Shown here: positions 46,666 to 56,262 of the stretch, piece after piece
Position numbering within the stretch: position 1 is the stretch's first letter
Layout of the letters: each line of letters opens with the position of its first letter
Assembly: GCA_964538085.1 (NCBI GenBank)
Contig: CAZIDF010000005.1
Span: 154,395 to 218,394 of the forward strand
Reading direction: 5' to 3'
Source of the DNA: an uncultured Eubacteriales bacterium
Lineage (GTDB): Bacteria; Acidobacteriota; Aminicenantia; Aminicenantales; Aminicenantaceae
DNA: 64,000 nucleotides
The notes under the pieces: generated by a model
Databases searched by the model: none
The model's input: only the letters and a program-made list of their open reading frames with translations
Told to the model about the DNA's origin: nothing
Translations under genes and position numbers: made by a program

Positions 46666-47498
46666 TGGCAAAGATATTAAAAAGAGAGCGATTGGTCCCG
46701 AACATCCATGTTATCGAAGTTGAAGCTCCCGAGATTGTCCGCAAGTGTAAGCCTGGCCAGTTTGTCATCATCATGCCAGACAAAAAAGGAGAGAGGATCC
46801 CGTTGACCATAGCGGATTGGGATAAGAAAAAAGGTTCGATCACTTCTGTTTTTTTGGTGGTAGGAACGTCCACACACAAGCTCGCACAGTTGAAGGAAGG
46901 GGATGATGTGCCTGTATTTGTCGGGCCATTGGGAAGACCTTCTGAAATCGATAATTTTGGGACAGTGCTAGTTGCCGGTGGCTGTTTCGGGATAGCGGCT
47001 GTTTATCCGATTGCCCGAGCCCTGAAAGAAAAAGGGAATAAAGTCATAACCCTCCTCGATGTCAAAGCGAGTTATCTACTTTATTGGGAAGAAAAATTGA
47101 GGGAAGTGAGCGATCAATTCCATGTGTCGAGCCGTGATAGCTTTTATGATTGTAAAGAATATATCCCTAAAACCTTGGATGCAATTTTGAAAAAGGAAAA
47201 AAAGATTGCCCGTATCCATTCGATCGGGTGCACTTATCTGATGTACACGTGTGCAGAGGCGACAAGGTCTCACGAGATCAAAACCTTGGTTAGCCTCAAT
47301 CCAATCATGGTGGATGGGACGGGGATGTGTGGGGCTTGTCGTGTAACCGTCGGCGGCAAAACAAAATTTGCCTGTGTGGATGGGCCGGATTTTGATGGTC
47401 ATTTGGTCGATTGGGATGAACTTTTCATGAGAAGGAAATCCTATTTTGACGATGAGATCCAATCCATGTGTTACTGGGAAAAGAAAAATTTCCCTTAA
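46665..47498 (+). CDS. NfnA/SudB/PyrK-like FAD/NAD(P)-binding [2Fe-2S] electron-transfer subunit
   Basis: MAKILKRERLVPNIHVIEVEAPEI...GQFVIIMP has an FAD-binding beta-barrel, a Rossmann fold, and C-terminal Cys (CGACRV...C). TAATG overlap with the NuoG-like gene. The six-frame ORF started at 46455 and was trimmed. Confidence 0.7.
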   Translation: MAKILKRERLVPNIHVIEVEAPEIVRKCKPGQFVIIMPDKKGERIPLTIADWDKKKGSITSVFLVVGTSTHKLAQLKEGDDVPVFVGPLGRPSEIDNFGTVLVAGGCFGIAAVYPIARALKEKGNKVITLLDVKASYLLYWEEKLREVSDQFHVSSRDSFYDCKEYIPKTLDAILKKEKKIARIHSIGCTYLMYTCAEATRSHEIKTLVSLNPIMVDGTGMCGACRVTVGGKTKFACVDGPDFDGHLVDWDELFMRRKSYFDDEIQSMCYWEKKNFP

Positions 47499-47523
47499 AG
47501 CTTTAAACAGGAAAGAGTGAGAA

Positions 47524-49023
47524 ATGGCCGAGAATAAAAAAGAAATGCCTCCCGAGATGAGGGAAAAACTGAAAGCCGGCTTTAACCAGGAGTGGCGCAA
47601 GGAACTCCGAAAATCGTTTCCCATGAAGGAACGCATGAAGATAGAGCGCCAGAAGATGCCGGAGAGAGACCCTGACGAAAGGAACAAGGATTTCTTCGAA
47701 GTCAACCGTGGCTTAGATGCCAAGGCTGCCGTCACTGAAGCCAAGAGATGTTGGGATTGTGCCAATCCGCAATGCGTGAAGGGTTGTCCCGTGGGTATCG
47801 ACATCCCCGCGTTCGTCAAGATGATCGAGATCGGTGATTTCGATCAAAGCGTTCGCAAACTCAAAGAGACCAATGCCCTCCCTGCTATTTGTGGACGAGT
47901 CTGCCCTCAGGAATCTCAATGCGAAGAGGTGTGCAACCTGAAAAAAGCGACGGGGACGCCGGTTGCTATCGGAAACCTAGAACGGTTTGCGGCCGACTAT
48001 GAGAGAGAAAAAGGAGAAATGTTTATCCCTTCTCTTCCGCCATCCACAGGAAAAAAAGTGGCCATTATCGGTTCTGGGCCTGCAGGATTGACGGTTGCAG
48101 GCGATTTGGCCCTCAAAGGACACAAATGCACGATCTTCGAAGCGCTTCATCTTCCCGGTGGAGTGTTGTGGTACGGGATCCCGGAGTTCAGGCTTCCCAA
48201 AAGGATATTGGAAGCTGAGGTCGATTATTTGAAGAAGCTGGGGGTAGAACTGAGGACCAATTTTGTGGTTGGATTGACGGCCACTCTCAATGAATTGAAA
48301 AAGGAAGGATTTGATGCCTTTTTTGTCGGGACTGGAGCCGGACTGCCGAATTTTATGAGGATACCCGGCGAAAATCTGATCGGTGTGTATTCGGCCAACG
48401 AGTACTTGACACGGGTTAATTTGATGAGAGGCTTTGAATTTCCTGAGTACGATACGCCTGTTTATTTGGGAAAGAATGCGGTCGTTCTCGGTGGTGGGAA
48501 TGTGGCCATGGATTCGGTCCGAACTTCGAAGCGACTCGGCGCCGAAAAATCGACCATCGTGTACCGGCGCTCGAGAGTGGAAATGCCGGCAAGGATCGAA
48601 GAAGTGCATCATGCAGAGGAAGAGGGAATCGAATTCCATTTTCTGACTACTCCCACACGTTTTATGGGCGACGACAAGGGTCATGTCAAAGCCATGGAAT
48701 GCATCCAGATGGAGCTTGGGGAGCCTGATTCTTCCGGACGGCGCCGGCCTGTTCCGGTAGAAGGATCTGAATTCATCATGGAGGCAGACCTGGTCGTCGT
48801 TGCGATCGGGAACAGCCCCAATCCCTTGATCCCTCAAACCACGCCCCAGCTCAAGGTGGGAAGATGGGGAAATATCGAAGTCAATTGGGATACGATGGAA
48901 ACCAGCATGAAGGGTGTTTATGCGGGTGGAGATATCATTCGTGGAGGAGCGACAGTGATCCTGGCCATGGGAGATGCTAGAATTGCCGCTAACGAAATGG
49001 ATAAATATCTCCAAAAGCGCTAA
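47524..49023 (+). CDS. NfnB/SudA/GltD-like NADPH-dependent FAD oxidoreductase with two [4Fe-4S] clusters
   Basis: CWDCANPQCVKGCPVGIDIP and CGRVCPQESQCEEVC cluster motifs. Two dinucleotide-binding motifs (VAIIGSGPAGL, VVLGGGNVAMD) match the glutamate synthase small-chain family. Confidence 0.8.
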   Translation: MAENKKEMPPEMREKLKAGFNQEWRKELRKSFPMKERMKIERQKMPERDPDERNKDFFEVNRGLDAKAAVTEAKRCWDCANPQCVKGCPVGIDIPAFVKMIEIGDFDQSVRKLKETNALPAICGRVCPQESQCEEVCNLKKATGTPVAIGNLERFAADYEREKGEMFIPSLPPSTGKKVAIIGSGPAGLTVAGDLALKGHKCTIFEALHLPGGVLWYGIPEFRLPKRILEAEVDYLKKLGVELRTNFVVGLTATLNELKKEGFDAFFVGTGAGLPNFMRIPGENLIGVYSANEYLTRVNLMRGFEFPEYDTPVYLGKNAVVLGGGNVAMDSVRTSKRLGAEKSTIVYRRSRVEMPARIEEVHHAEEEGIEFHFLTTPTRFMGDDKGHVKAMECIQMELGEPDSSGRRRPVPVEGSEFIMEADLVVVAIGNSPNPLIPQTTPQLKVGRWGNIEVNWDTMETSMKGVYAGGDIIRGGATVILAMGDARIAANEMDKYLQKR

Positions 49024-49041
49024 GGATGGACGGAGGTTCAG

Positions 49042-50340
49042 ATGCCTTGGGTGGATGATTACAAAAAGAAATTAGCGACAGCTGAGGAAGCGGTCTCTGC
49101 AATCAAGAGCAATGACCGCATTTATATAAGCGGAAACGCAGCCACACCGTATGTGTTGTTGAATGCTCTTGCAGAGAGAAAGACCGAATTGCGAGGTGTG
49201 GAGCTCGTTCATGTTCTTCTTCTCGGCGAAGATCCCCTTTCAAAACCGGAAATGGAAGGGCATTTCCGTCATAATTCCTTGTTCGTGGGCCCGGCAGACC
49301 GCAAAGCCATCAACGAGGGAAGGGCCGATTATATTCCGATTTTTCTCCACCAAATCCCCAATCTTTTTTACTCTAACCAAATGCCGATCGATGTGGCCAT
49401 GCTCCATCTCTCTCCTCCCGATGAACACGGTTTCATGAGCTATGGTGTCGAGGTTCTCGCTTCCAAGGCGGCTGCGGAGACGGCCAAAGTGGTCATCGCT
49501 CAGGTTAACGAGAAAATGCCGCGTGTATTGGGAGATTCTTTTATTCATGTCTCGCGTGTTCACAAAATCGTCGAAATTTCTGAGGATCTCCCCCAGTTGA
49601 AGAAAAAGCCATTCACCGAAGTCGAACGCAAGATCGGCCATTTTATCGCTGATCTGATCGAAGATGGCTCCACCCTCCAATTGGGCATCGGAGGGATCCC
49701 GGATGCGGTCTTGTCCGCTCTTAAAGGAAGAAAGGATTTAGGGATCCATACGGAGATGGTCTCGGACGGAGTGATGGATGCCATCGAAGCGGGAATCATT
49801 ACAGGGGCCAAAAAAACCTTCCATCCTTATAAAGTGATCTTGACATTTATTCTAGGGTCGAACAAGCTGTACGAATTCGTGGATAACAACCCCACTTTTG
49901 AAGCGCACCCCACCGATTATACCAATCACCCGTTCAAAGTCGCTCAGAACGATAACATGATCGCTATCAATTCCGCGGTCGAAGTGGATATTTCAGGCCA
50001 GGTTTGTTCCGATTCGATCGGGACTTATATTTACAGCGGTTTTGGCGGCCAAGTGGATTTCATCAGAGGCGCCGTTCACTCGAAGGGGGGAAAACCCATC
50101 ATCGCATTGCCCTCTACAGCCAAAAGCGATGAATTATCACGGATTGTCCCGTTTCTTAAAAAAGGAGCCGGGGTCGTGACCACCCGAGCCGATGTGACCT
50201 ACGTGGTTACCGAATATGGGATTGCCTATCTCCATGGCAAGAACCTCCAGGAGAGGACAAAGTCGCTCATCGACATCGCTCATCCCAAGTTCAGGGATGA
50301 GCTGATCAAAGAAGCCAAAAACAGGAATCTCCTGTCCTGA
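49042..50340 (+). CDS. Acetyl-CoA hydrolase/transferase family protein (4-hydroxybutyrate / succinyl-CoA:acetate CoA-transferase-like)
   Basis: Has the N- and C-terminal halves of the family I CoA-transferase fold (AcetylCoA_hydro/AcetylCoA_hyd_C pattern). It is 432 aa long. Confidence 0.65.
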   Translation: MPWVDDYKKKLATAEEAVSAIKSNDRIYISGNAATPYVLLNALAERKTELRGVELVHVLLLGEDPLSKPEMEGHFRHNSLFVGPADRKAINEGRADYIPIFLHQIPNLFYSNQMPIDVAMLHLSPPDEHGFMSYGVEVLASKAAAETAKVVIAQVNEKMPRVLGDSFIHVSRVHKIVEISEDLPQLKKKPFTEVERKIGHFIADLIEDGSTLQLGIGGIPDAVLSALKGRKDLGIHTEMVSDGVMDAIEAGIITGAKKTFHPYKVILTFILGSNKLYEFVDNNPTFEAHPTDYTNHPFKVAQNDNMIAINSAVEVDISGQVCSDSIGTYIYSGFGGQVDFIRGAVHSKGGKPIIALPSTAKSDELSRIVPFLKKGAGVVTTRADVTYVVTEYGIAYLHGKNLQERTKSLIDIAHPKFRDELIKEAKNRNLLS

Positions 50341-50351
50341 TCGGTATAGCG

Positions 50352-51023
50352 ATGCGGCAGACTGGTTTATTTCCGACAGAAAAGGGACATATCGGCACGG
50401 ATGAATCCGGAAAAGGGGATTATTTTGGACCCCTTGTCGTGGCTGGCGTTTATGTTCCGGATGCGCAGCAAGAAGTGCTACAGGAACTGGGGGTGAGGGA
50501 CAGCAAGAGAATTTCGGACAACAGGGTAAGGGAAATGGCAGACCTTGTTAGAACGGGATATAAACATTCTATCGTGGCTATCGGCCCGGAAAAATATAAC
50601 GAGCTTTACGGAAAGCTGAGAAATCTAAATCGCCTTTTAGCATGGGCTCATGCCAGGGCTATCGAGAACATTTTAGAAGAAGTGGAATGTGCCCAAGCGA
50701 TCACGGATCAGTTCGGAGATAAGCTGTTTGTTCAAAACGCCATGATGAAGAAGGGGAGGAATATCGAACTGATCCAGAGACCAAAAGCTGAAGAGGATAT
50801 GGCCGTGGCGGCGGCATCGATCCTAGCCCGAGCTGAATTTCTCAAACGCCTTTATTTTCTCTCGCAGGACTTTAAGGTTGAAATCCCGAAGGGTTCCTCG
50901 CCAAGATCTGAAGAGGTGGGATTGATATTGGTGAAAAAACTCGGGGCGGATGTTCTGGATAAGGTAGCAAAGAAACATTTCAAGCTCACTTCACGCATCT
51001 TGGATTTAGCAAAAGGTAAATAA
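50352..51023 (+). CDS. RNase HII/HIII-family ribonuclease (HIII-like motif, no N-terminal domain)
   Basis: The catalytic motif GTDESGKGDYFGPLVVAGVYV matches the RNase HIII signature (G-DE-G-GDYFGP) better than the HII signature (DEAGRGPL). The protein is 223 aa and has only about 15 aa before the DESG motif. Confidence 0.6.
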   Translation: MRQTGLFPTEKGHIGTDESGKGDYFGPLVVAGVYVPDAQQEVLQELGVRDSKRISDNRVREMADLVRTGYKHSIVAIGPEKYNELYGKLRNLNRLLAWAHARAIENILEEVECAQAITDQFGDKLFVQNAMMKKGRNIELIQRPKAEEDMAVAAASILARAEFLKRLYFLSQDFKVEIPKGSSPRSEEVGLILVKKLGADVLDKVAKKHFKLTSRILDLAKGK

Positions 51024-51066
51024 GCATTCACGGATTCGGGGATGCATTTTTGAGGGAGATAGGCTG

Positions 51067-52257
51067 GTGGAGAAAACCAAGCGATTGTATTTCGAGGATC
51101 CGTATCGGGTCGAATTCGAAGCCCGGGTGATCCAAAAACTTTCTCATAAGGGGCATCCTGCCTTGATACTGGATCAGACCTGTTTTTATCCAGAGAGCGG
51201 GGGACAACCTGCCGATAAAGGAACTCTTAGCGGGATTCCTGTCGTCCAAGTTCTGGAGCAGGATGACAGGATCATTCATGTACTCGAGGGGGATGTTTCT
51301 TCCAATGTGGTGAAAGGAAGCATCGATTGGACTGTGCGTTTCGATCACATGCAGCAACATGCCGGCCAACATATCCTTTCCCAGTGTTTCGTCCAGCTCT
51401 TTGATGCGGCAACCCGCTCTTTTCATCTGGGGGAAAAGACCTCAACCCTCGAGGTGGATATGCGGGAAATCAAAGAAGAAGAAACGGAACGAATTGAGAA
51501 ACTTGCCAATGATATTGTGTTCCAAAACAAGACAATTAAATCATGTCTGTACAAAGAAGAGGAAATCTCCGATGTCCAGTTGAGAAGACCCACCAAAAAA
51601 AAGGGGGATATTCGGGTTGTCGAGATTTCTGATTTTGATCACACGGCTTGCGGCGGCACCCATCCGCACTACACGGGCGAGATAGGCACGATAAAAATTC
51701 TGAAGTGGGATAGGATTCGCAACAATATTCGGTTCGAGTTCATCTGTGGCAACCGGGCGCTCCAGGATTACGTCCGCAAACATCGGGATCTGAAAAATTT
51801 ATCCAACAGCTTGACTGTGGATGACGGGGAAGTCGTAGCCTCTTTTGAAAAGCTCGTTTCCGAACTGAAAACACAGAAAAAAATTAACCGCAAATTGCAG
51901 GAGGAGATCATCCAGAATGAAGCGGCGAAGATCATAGAAGAGGCCGATGGAAAAATCATCAAGAAGATTTTTTCCGATAGATCTCAAGAGGAGATCAGGC
52001 ATTTGGCCTTGACTGTCATCGGGATGGGGGAGCATGTTGTACTTTTTGGCCTTCGAGGTGGAGAGAGAATCCATGTGTTTCTTGCCCGTTCCGAAAGTCT
52101 CGGTTTGGATATGAGGGAGCTTGTACCCGTTGTTTCCCCTCTGATTCAGGGCAAGGGGGGAGGAAGGTCTTCCTTTGTCGAGATATCCGGCGAAATAAAA
52201 GAAGGCCTCGAGCAAGCCCTCGATAAAGCCTATCAGGACATTAGCAATAAACTTTAA
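51067..52257 (+). CDS. alaX: Alanyl-tRNA editing protein AlaX-L (AlaRS editing domain plus DHHA1)
   Basis: Zn-binding editing motifs (HxxxH at QQHAGQHILS, and HTACGGTH), and a C-terminal DHHA1-like region (GKGGGRSSF). Confidence 0.75.
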   Translation: MEKTKRLYFEDPYRVEFEARVIQKLSHKGHPALILDQTCFYPESGGQPADKGTLSGIPVVQVLEQDDRIIHVLEGDVSSNVVKGSIDWTVRFDHMQQHAGQHILSQCFVQLFDAATRSFHLGEKTSTLEVDMREIKEEETERIEKLANDIVFQNKTIKSCLYKEEEISDVQLRRPTKKKGDIRVVEISDFDHTACGGTHPHYTGEIGTIKILKWDRIRNNIRFEFICGNRALQDYVRKHRDLKNLSNSLTVDDGEVVASFEKLVSELKTQKKINRKLQEEIIQNEAAKIIEEADGKIIKKIFSDRSQEEIRHLALTVIGMGEHVVLFGLRGGERIHVFLARSESLGLDMRELVPVVSPLIQGKGGGRSSFVEISGEIKEGLEQALDKAYQDISNKL

Positions 52258-52548
52258 CGTTATACATATCTTCCATATTGTCATTAGACATGCCCGCAGC
52301 GACATTGAAGATTTAGCCTTCCCGATTCGTTCTTCGAGGGAACCCGGAAAGGGCTCCGAGTATGTATTGAGCATAGCTATATGCAATCTGTGATGTTGAG
52401 TAAGCAACACAAGATATCTTGATTGATGCATAGGGATATAGCGCGAGTTACGCAGGAGCCGAGAAGAGCGATGAGGGAATGGCGTTAAAAATCTGAACTA
52501 TAGCGGAGGGTATGCTTAATGACAATGAATACAGATCGTAATCTTGAT

Positions 52549-53796
52549 TTATTCGTATCTTAGGGAGACGATGGGGTCGAGTTTGGCAGCCTTCTGGGCT
52601 GGGAAGATCCCGAAAAAAATGCCGACAGATACCGATACAACGAAGCCCAGAATGACCGACCAACCTGTCACGGAAGCAGGAAGAGGAGTGACGGCTTTGA
52701 CCAATTGAGCGATCCCGAAGCCCATCAGGATACCGATAATGCCTCCTGTTGCGGTCAGGAACACAGCCTCGATAAGAAACTGTTTCAAAATATCCCCTGA
52801 ACGGGCCCCGATGGCTTTGCGGATTCCGATTTCTCTCGTCCTTTCTTTCACGGACACCAACATGACGTTCATCACACCGATCCCCCCCACAAGCAAACCT
52901 ATCGAGGAGATCACGATCATCACCAGATAGGCGGCTCCGGTGAGTTGATTATACAAGTCGACCATGGTATCTTGCGTGTAGACTGCAAAATCATTGGGTT
53001 TGCCGAAAGGGACTTTTCTTCTGCTCCTGAGGAGGTTTATGATCTGTTCTATAGCATCCTCCAGATATTCGTGCTTGGTGGGCGTGGCGATGAACTGCCA
53101 TCCTGAACGGTCATAGGGATAATGTTTCATCAATGTCGTGATCGGAATCCCGACAAAATTGTCCTGACTTTGGCCAAAAAAACTTCCCCTTTTCTTGAGT
53201 ATTCCAATCACCCTGAATTTTTCCGGTCCGATTCTGATATCTTTGCCAAGGGGGCTTGTATGAGGAAAAAGATTTTCTGCCAGATCGAATCCTAGAACAC
53301 AGACTTTGGTCCGGTGGTTCACATCTGACTCTGTAAAAAATCTTCCTCTCTCTGGCAGGTATACAGAAATAACCTCAGGCTGTTTCTCGCTCATGCCCAC
53401 GATATAAGCATCCCGGCTTCTCCTGTTCTGGTATTTAATAGGGATATCTGCAAACAGGTCGACGACGAGAGAGGCGACCACCGCTTTCACGTAGGAACAT
53501 TCCTCCTGGATGGCCTGGGCATCCTCGAATTTAAGGTCCTTTCTTTGACGTTCATCTTCGGAAAGACGTCCGACTTGAATGCCCGGCTCGAATTTTTCCA
53601 CGATGATGATGTCCGATCCTATGGACTCCAGTTCGCTGAGAAAGGAGCGGTTAAGTCCCTGGACGATGGAAACCATCCCAATTACGGTCATCACGCCGAT
53701 GACGATTCCCAAGAGTGTTAAAAAAGAGCGGAGTTTATTCGTGCGCAAAGAATCCATCGCCATGCTCACGATTTCTTTCAGTATGCCTAATCTCAT
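52549..53796 (-). CDS. ABC transporter permease, MacB/FtsX-type
   Basis: N-terminal transmembrane helix, a periplasmic domain of about 230 aa, and a C-terminal 3-TM FtsX domain. It is 415 aa long. Confidence 0.75.
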   Translation of the reverse strand: MRLGILKEIVSMAMDSLRTNKLRSFLTLLGIVIGVMTVIGMVSIVQGLNRSFLSELESIGSDIIIVEKFEPGIQVGRLSEDERQRKDLKFEDAQAIQEECSYVKAVVASLVVDLFADIPIKYQNRRSRDAYIVGMSEKQPEVISVYLPERGRFFTESDVNHRTKVCVLGFDLAENLFPHTSPLGKDIRIGPEKFRVIGILKKRGSFFGQSQDNFVGIPITTLMKHYPYDRSGWQFIATPTKHEYLEDAIEQIINLLRSRRKVPFGKPNDFAVYTQDTMVDLYNQLTGAAYLVMIVISSIGLLVGGIGVMNVMLVSVKERTREIGIRKAIGARSGDILKQFLIEAVFLTATGGIIGILMGFGIAQLVKAVTPLPASVTGWSVILGFVVSVSVGIFFGIFPAQKAAKLDPIVSLRYE

Positions 53797-55040
53797 AGTT
53801 CTGACCGCAATGATTCGATCGGATCGAGTTTGGAAGCTTTGCTCGCAGGATACAAGCCAAAGAAAATCCCTACCGATGAGGATACGCAGATTGCCACGAT
53901 GATGGAAGCCGGATCGACGGTGGAGGGCATGGATGTGGCCAATGTCACCACACGTGCGATCAAAAATCCCAAAAGGATCCCGATCATCCCTCCAACAGTC
54001 GATATGACTGCCGCTTCTACCAGGAATTGAAAAAGGATATCTGTCCTGCGCGCGCCCACAGCCATACGGATACCGATTTCTTTTGTCCTCTCCGTGACTG
54101 CCACGAGCATGATATTCATGACGACGATCCCCCCCACGATGAGGGCGATGGAAGCGATGGCGATCATGGCGAAATAAATGCCTGATGTGGCAGTCTTATA
54201 GATTTGAATGAATGTTTCAGATGTTCGAAAAGAAAAATCGTCGGATTCATCGAAGGTAAGATGACGTTTGGCGCGCATGATTGTCCGGACCTCCTCCTGG
54301 GCATTTTCCATCTGTTCCTGAGAGGATGTGTGGACATTGATATCGATCGACCGCCTTGAACCGTAGATCTTCTGAAAGGTCGTTATCGGGATGTTGACGT
54401 AGTTATCCTGTGTCATCCCGAGAATTTTCCCCTTTGCCTTACCCAGTCCGACCACCAAAAAATTCTGCTGGCCTATTTTTATCCGCTGGCCTAAGGGATC
54501 TGTATAAGGGAAGAGCTTTTCGAAAACATCGGCACCGATGACACACACATTCCGCGAGTGATCCTCATCTTCTTTTAACAGGTACCTTCCTCTTTCCAGT
54601 TCCTGAACATTCCCGATCAGGTGATCCACATAGGTCAGGCCTCTTATGTCCACGTCTTTTAGGGATTGGGGCCCGTATTTGACGGTTTGTGAGGTCGATG
54701 TCGATGCCCCGATCAACTCGCACGATCGACATTGTCTCCGAAGCAGTCTCATGTCTTCCAGTATGATATCTTTGCGTTTCAGTTGCTCACGAAACTCCTG
54801 AATGGATCTTATTCCGATCGAGAATTTCGTGACGGAGAAATCGTTGGCTCCATAAAACGCCATCTTTGAGTACACATAATTGTTCAAGCCTTGGATTATC
54901 GACACCACGGCAATGATGGTGAGAACACCGATGATGATTCCCAAAAGGGTGAGGAACGTTCGGAGCTTGTTCAACCAGAGGGAACTCATGGCCATCGCAA
55001 CGGATTCACCGATGTGTATTCTTGTTAATCTTTTTTTCAT
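53793..55040 (-). CDS. ABC transporter permease, MacB/FtsX-type (paralog)
   Basis: Same architecture as the downstream gene, with which it overlaps by 4 nt. No ATPase gene is adjacent. Confidence 0.75.
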   Translation of the reverse strand: MKKRLTRIHIGESVAMAMSSLWLNKLRTFLTLLGIIIGVLTIIAVVSIIQGLNNYVYSKMAFYGANDFSVTKFSIGIRSIQEFREQLKRKDIILEDMRLLRRQCRSCELIGASTSTSQTVKYGPQSLKDVDIRGLTYVDHLIGNVQELERGRYLLKEDEDHSRNVCVIGADVFEKLFPYTDPLGQRIKIGQQNFLVVGLGKAKGKILGMTQDNYVNIPITTFQKIYGSRRSIDINVHTSSQEQMENAQEEVRTIMRAKRHLTFDESDDFSFRTSETFIQIYKTATSGIYFAMIAIASIALIVGGIVVMNIMLVAVTERTKEIGIRMAVGARRTDILFQFLVEAAVISTVGGMIGILLGFLIARVVTLATSMPSTVDPASIIVAICVSSSVGIFFGLYPASKASKLDPIESLRSEL

Positions 55041-55218
55041 CCTGTTCCATTATATATGATACGAATATTGGAAGGAATAGGTTATCCTGATCGTAAAACG
55101 AACTTAATATCGCTTCAACCATCCCTAGAAGCCCTGTTCATCACGAAAAAAAACGATGCTTACAAATAAGAATGAGGTTGACAGCGTTGGGATGAGGCAA
55201 CAAAATAGAAAGGAGGCG

Positions 55219-56169
55219 ATGAAGGCAGTCCTGTTGAAAGGCAAAAGCATCTGTGTGGAGGAGATCCCGACTCCTGCGCCAGCTGTGGGTGAAGCGCTTC
55301 TCAAAGTCGGCAAGGCGGGAATCTGCAACACAGACTTGGAGCTTGTCAAAGGGTACATGGAGTTTGAGGGAATCTTAGGTCATGAATTCATGGGTCGGGT
55401 TGCCCAGTCTCCTGATAAAGATTGGATAGGAAAAAGAGTGGTCGGAGAGATCAACATACCCTGTCGCAGTTGTGCGACCTGTTCTGATATCGATCCCAAA
55501 CACTGTCCCTCCAGGAAAGTATTGGGCATCCATCGAAAAGACGGTGTTTTTGCGGAATATGTGACTCTCCCTCTGGATAATTTACATGTCTTGCCCTCGA
55601 TGGTATCCGATAGGGAGGCGGTTTTTGTCGAGCCCTTGGCTGCGGCCATTGCCATTTTCGACCAGATCCGGTTAGATCGGAATGATGAGGTGTTGGTTTT
55701 GGGAGATGGAAAATTAGGCCTTCTTGTAGCGCAGGTCATGCAGACCCGGACCACGAAAATATTTTGTGCCGGGCATCATCCAAGAAAACTAGCTCTGCTG
55801 CAGAAAAGGGGAATCCAGGCAACCCAGGATGCACAAGAATGGAGTAAAAAGTTCGATCTGGTGATCGAAGCCACAGGTGCGTCCAAGGGGATCGAGGATG
55901 CACTCCGTTTTGTCAAACCCAAAGGAAAGATTGTGGCCAAGAGCACCTTCCATGGTATGGCGAAGATAGATTTTTCCGCTCTTGTCGTGAACGAGATTCA
56001 ATTGATCGGTTCGCGGTGCGGCTCCTTCGTAAAAGCGCTGGAATTTTTAAATAATGAATCGATCCAGTTAGAAGAGATGGTGGATGCGGATTTTCCTTTG
56101 ACAGACGCCAAAAAAGCTTTCGACAGAGCCGAAGATCCCGAAGTGATTAAAGTTCTTTTGACTCCTTAA
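55219..56169 (+). CDS. Zinc-dependent alcohol dehydrogenase (MDR family; threonine/sorbitol dehydrogenase-like)
   Basis: Catalytic Zn ligands (GICNTDLE..., GHEFMG), structural Zn Cys4 (CRSCATCSDIDPKHC), and a Rossmann motif (VLGDGKLG). The start was trimmed to MKAVLLKGK with an AGGAGG SD. Confidence 0.7.
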   Translation: MKAVLLKGKSICVEEIPTPAPAVGEALLKVGKAGICNTDLELVKGYMEFEGILGHEFMGRVAQSPDKDWIGKRVVGEINIPCRSCATCSDIDPKHCPSRKVLGIHRKDGVFAEYVTLPLDNLHVLPSMVSDREAVFVEPLAAAIAIFDQIRLDRNDEVLVLGDGKLGLLVAQVMQTRTTKIFCAGHHPRKLALLQKRGIQATQDAQEWSKKFDLVIEATGASKGIEDALRFVKPKGKIVAKSTFHGMAKIDFSALVVNEIQLIGSRCGSFVKALEFLNNESIQLEEMVDADFPLTDAKKAFDRAEDPEVIKVLLTP

Positions 56170-56262
56170 TAAACATGGACCGCTTTTTTGCCGCTGCAGC
56201 AATCTCGACTCGTGAATAGGCCATGAAAAATGCTATTATGAAATAAGAAGGAAGGAGATATC

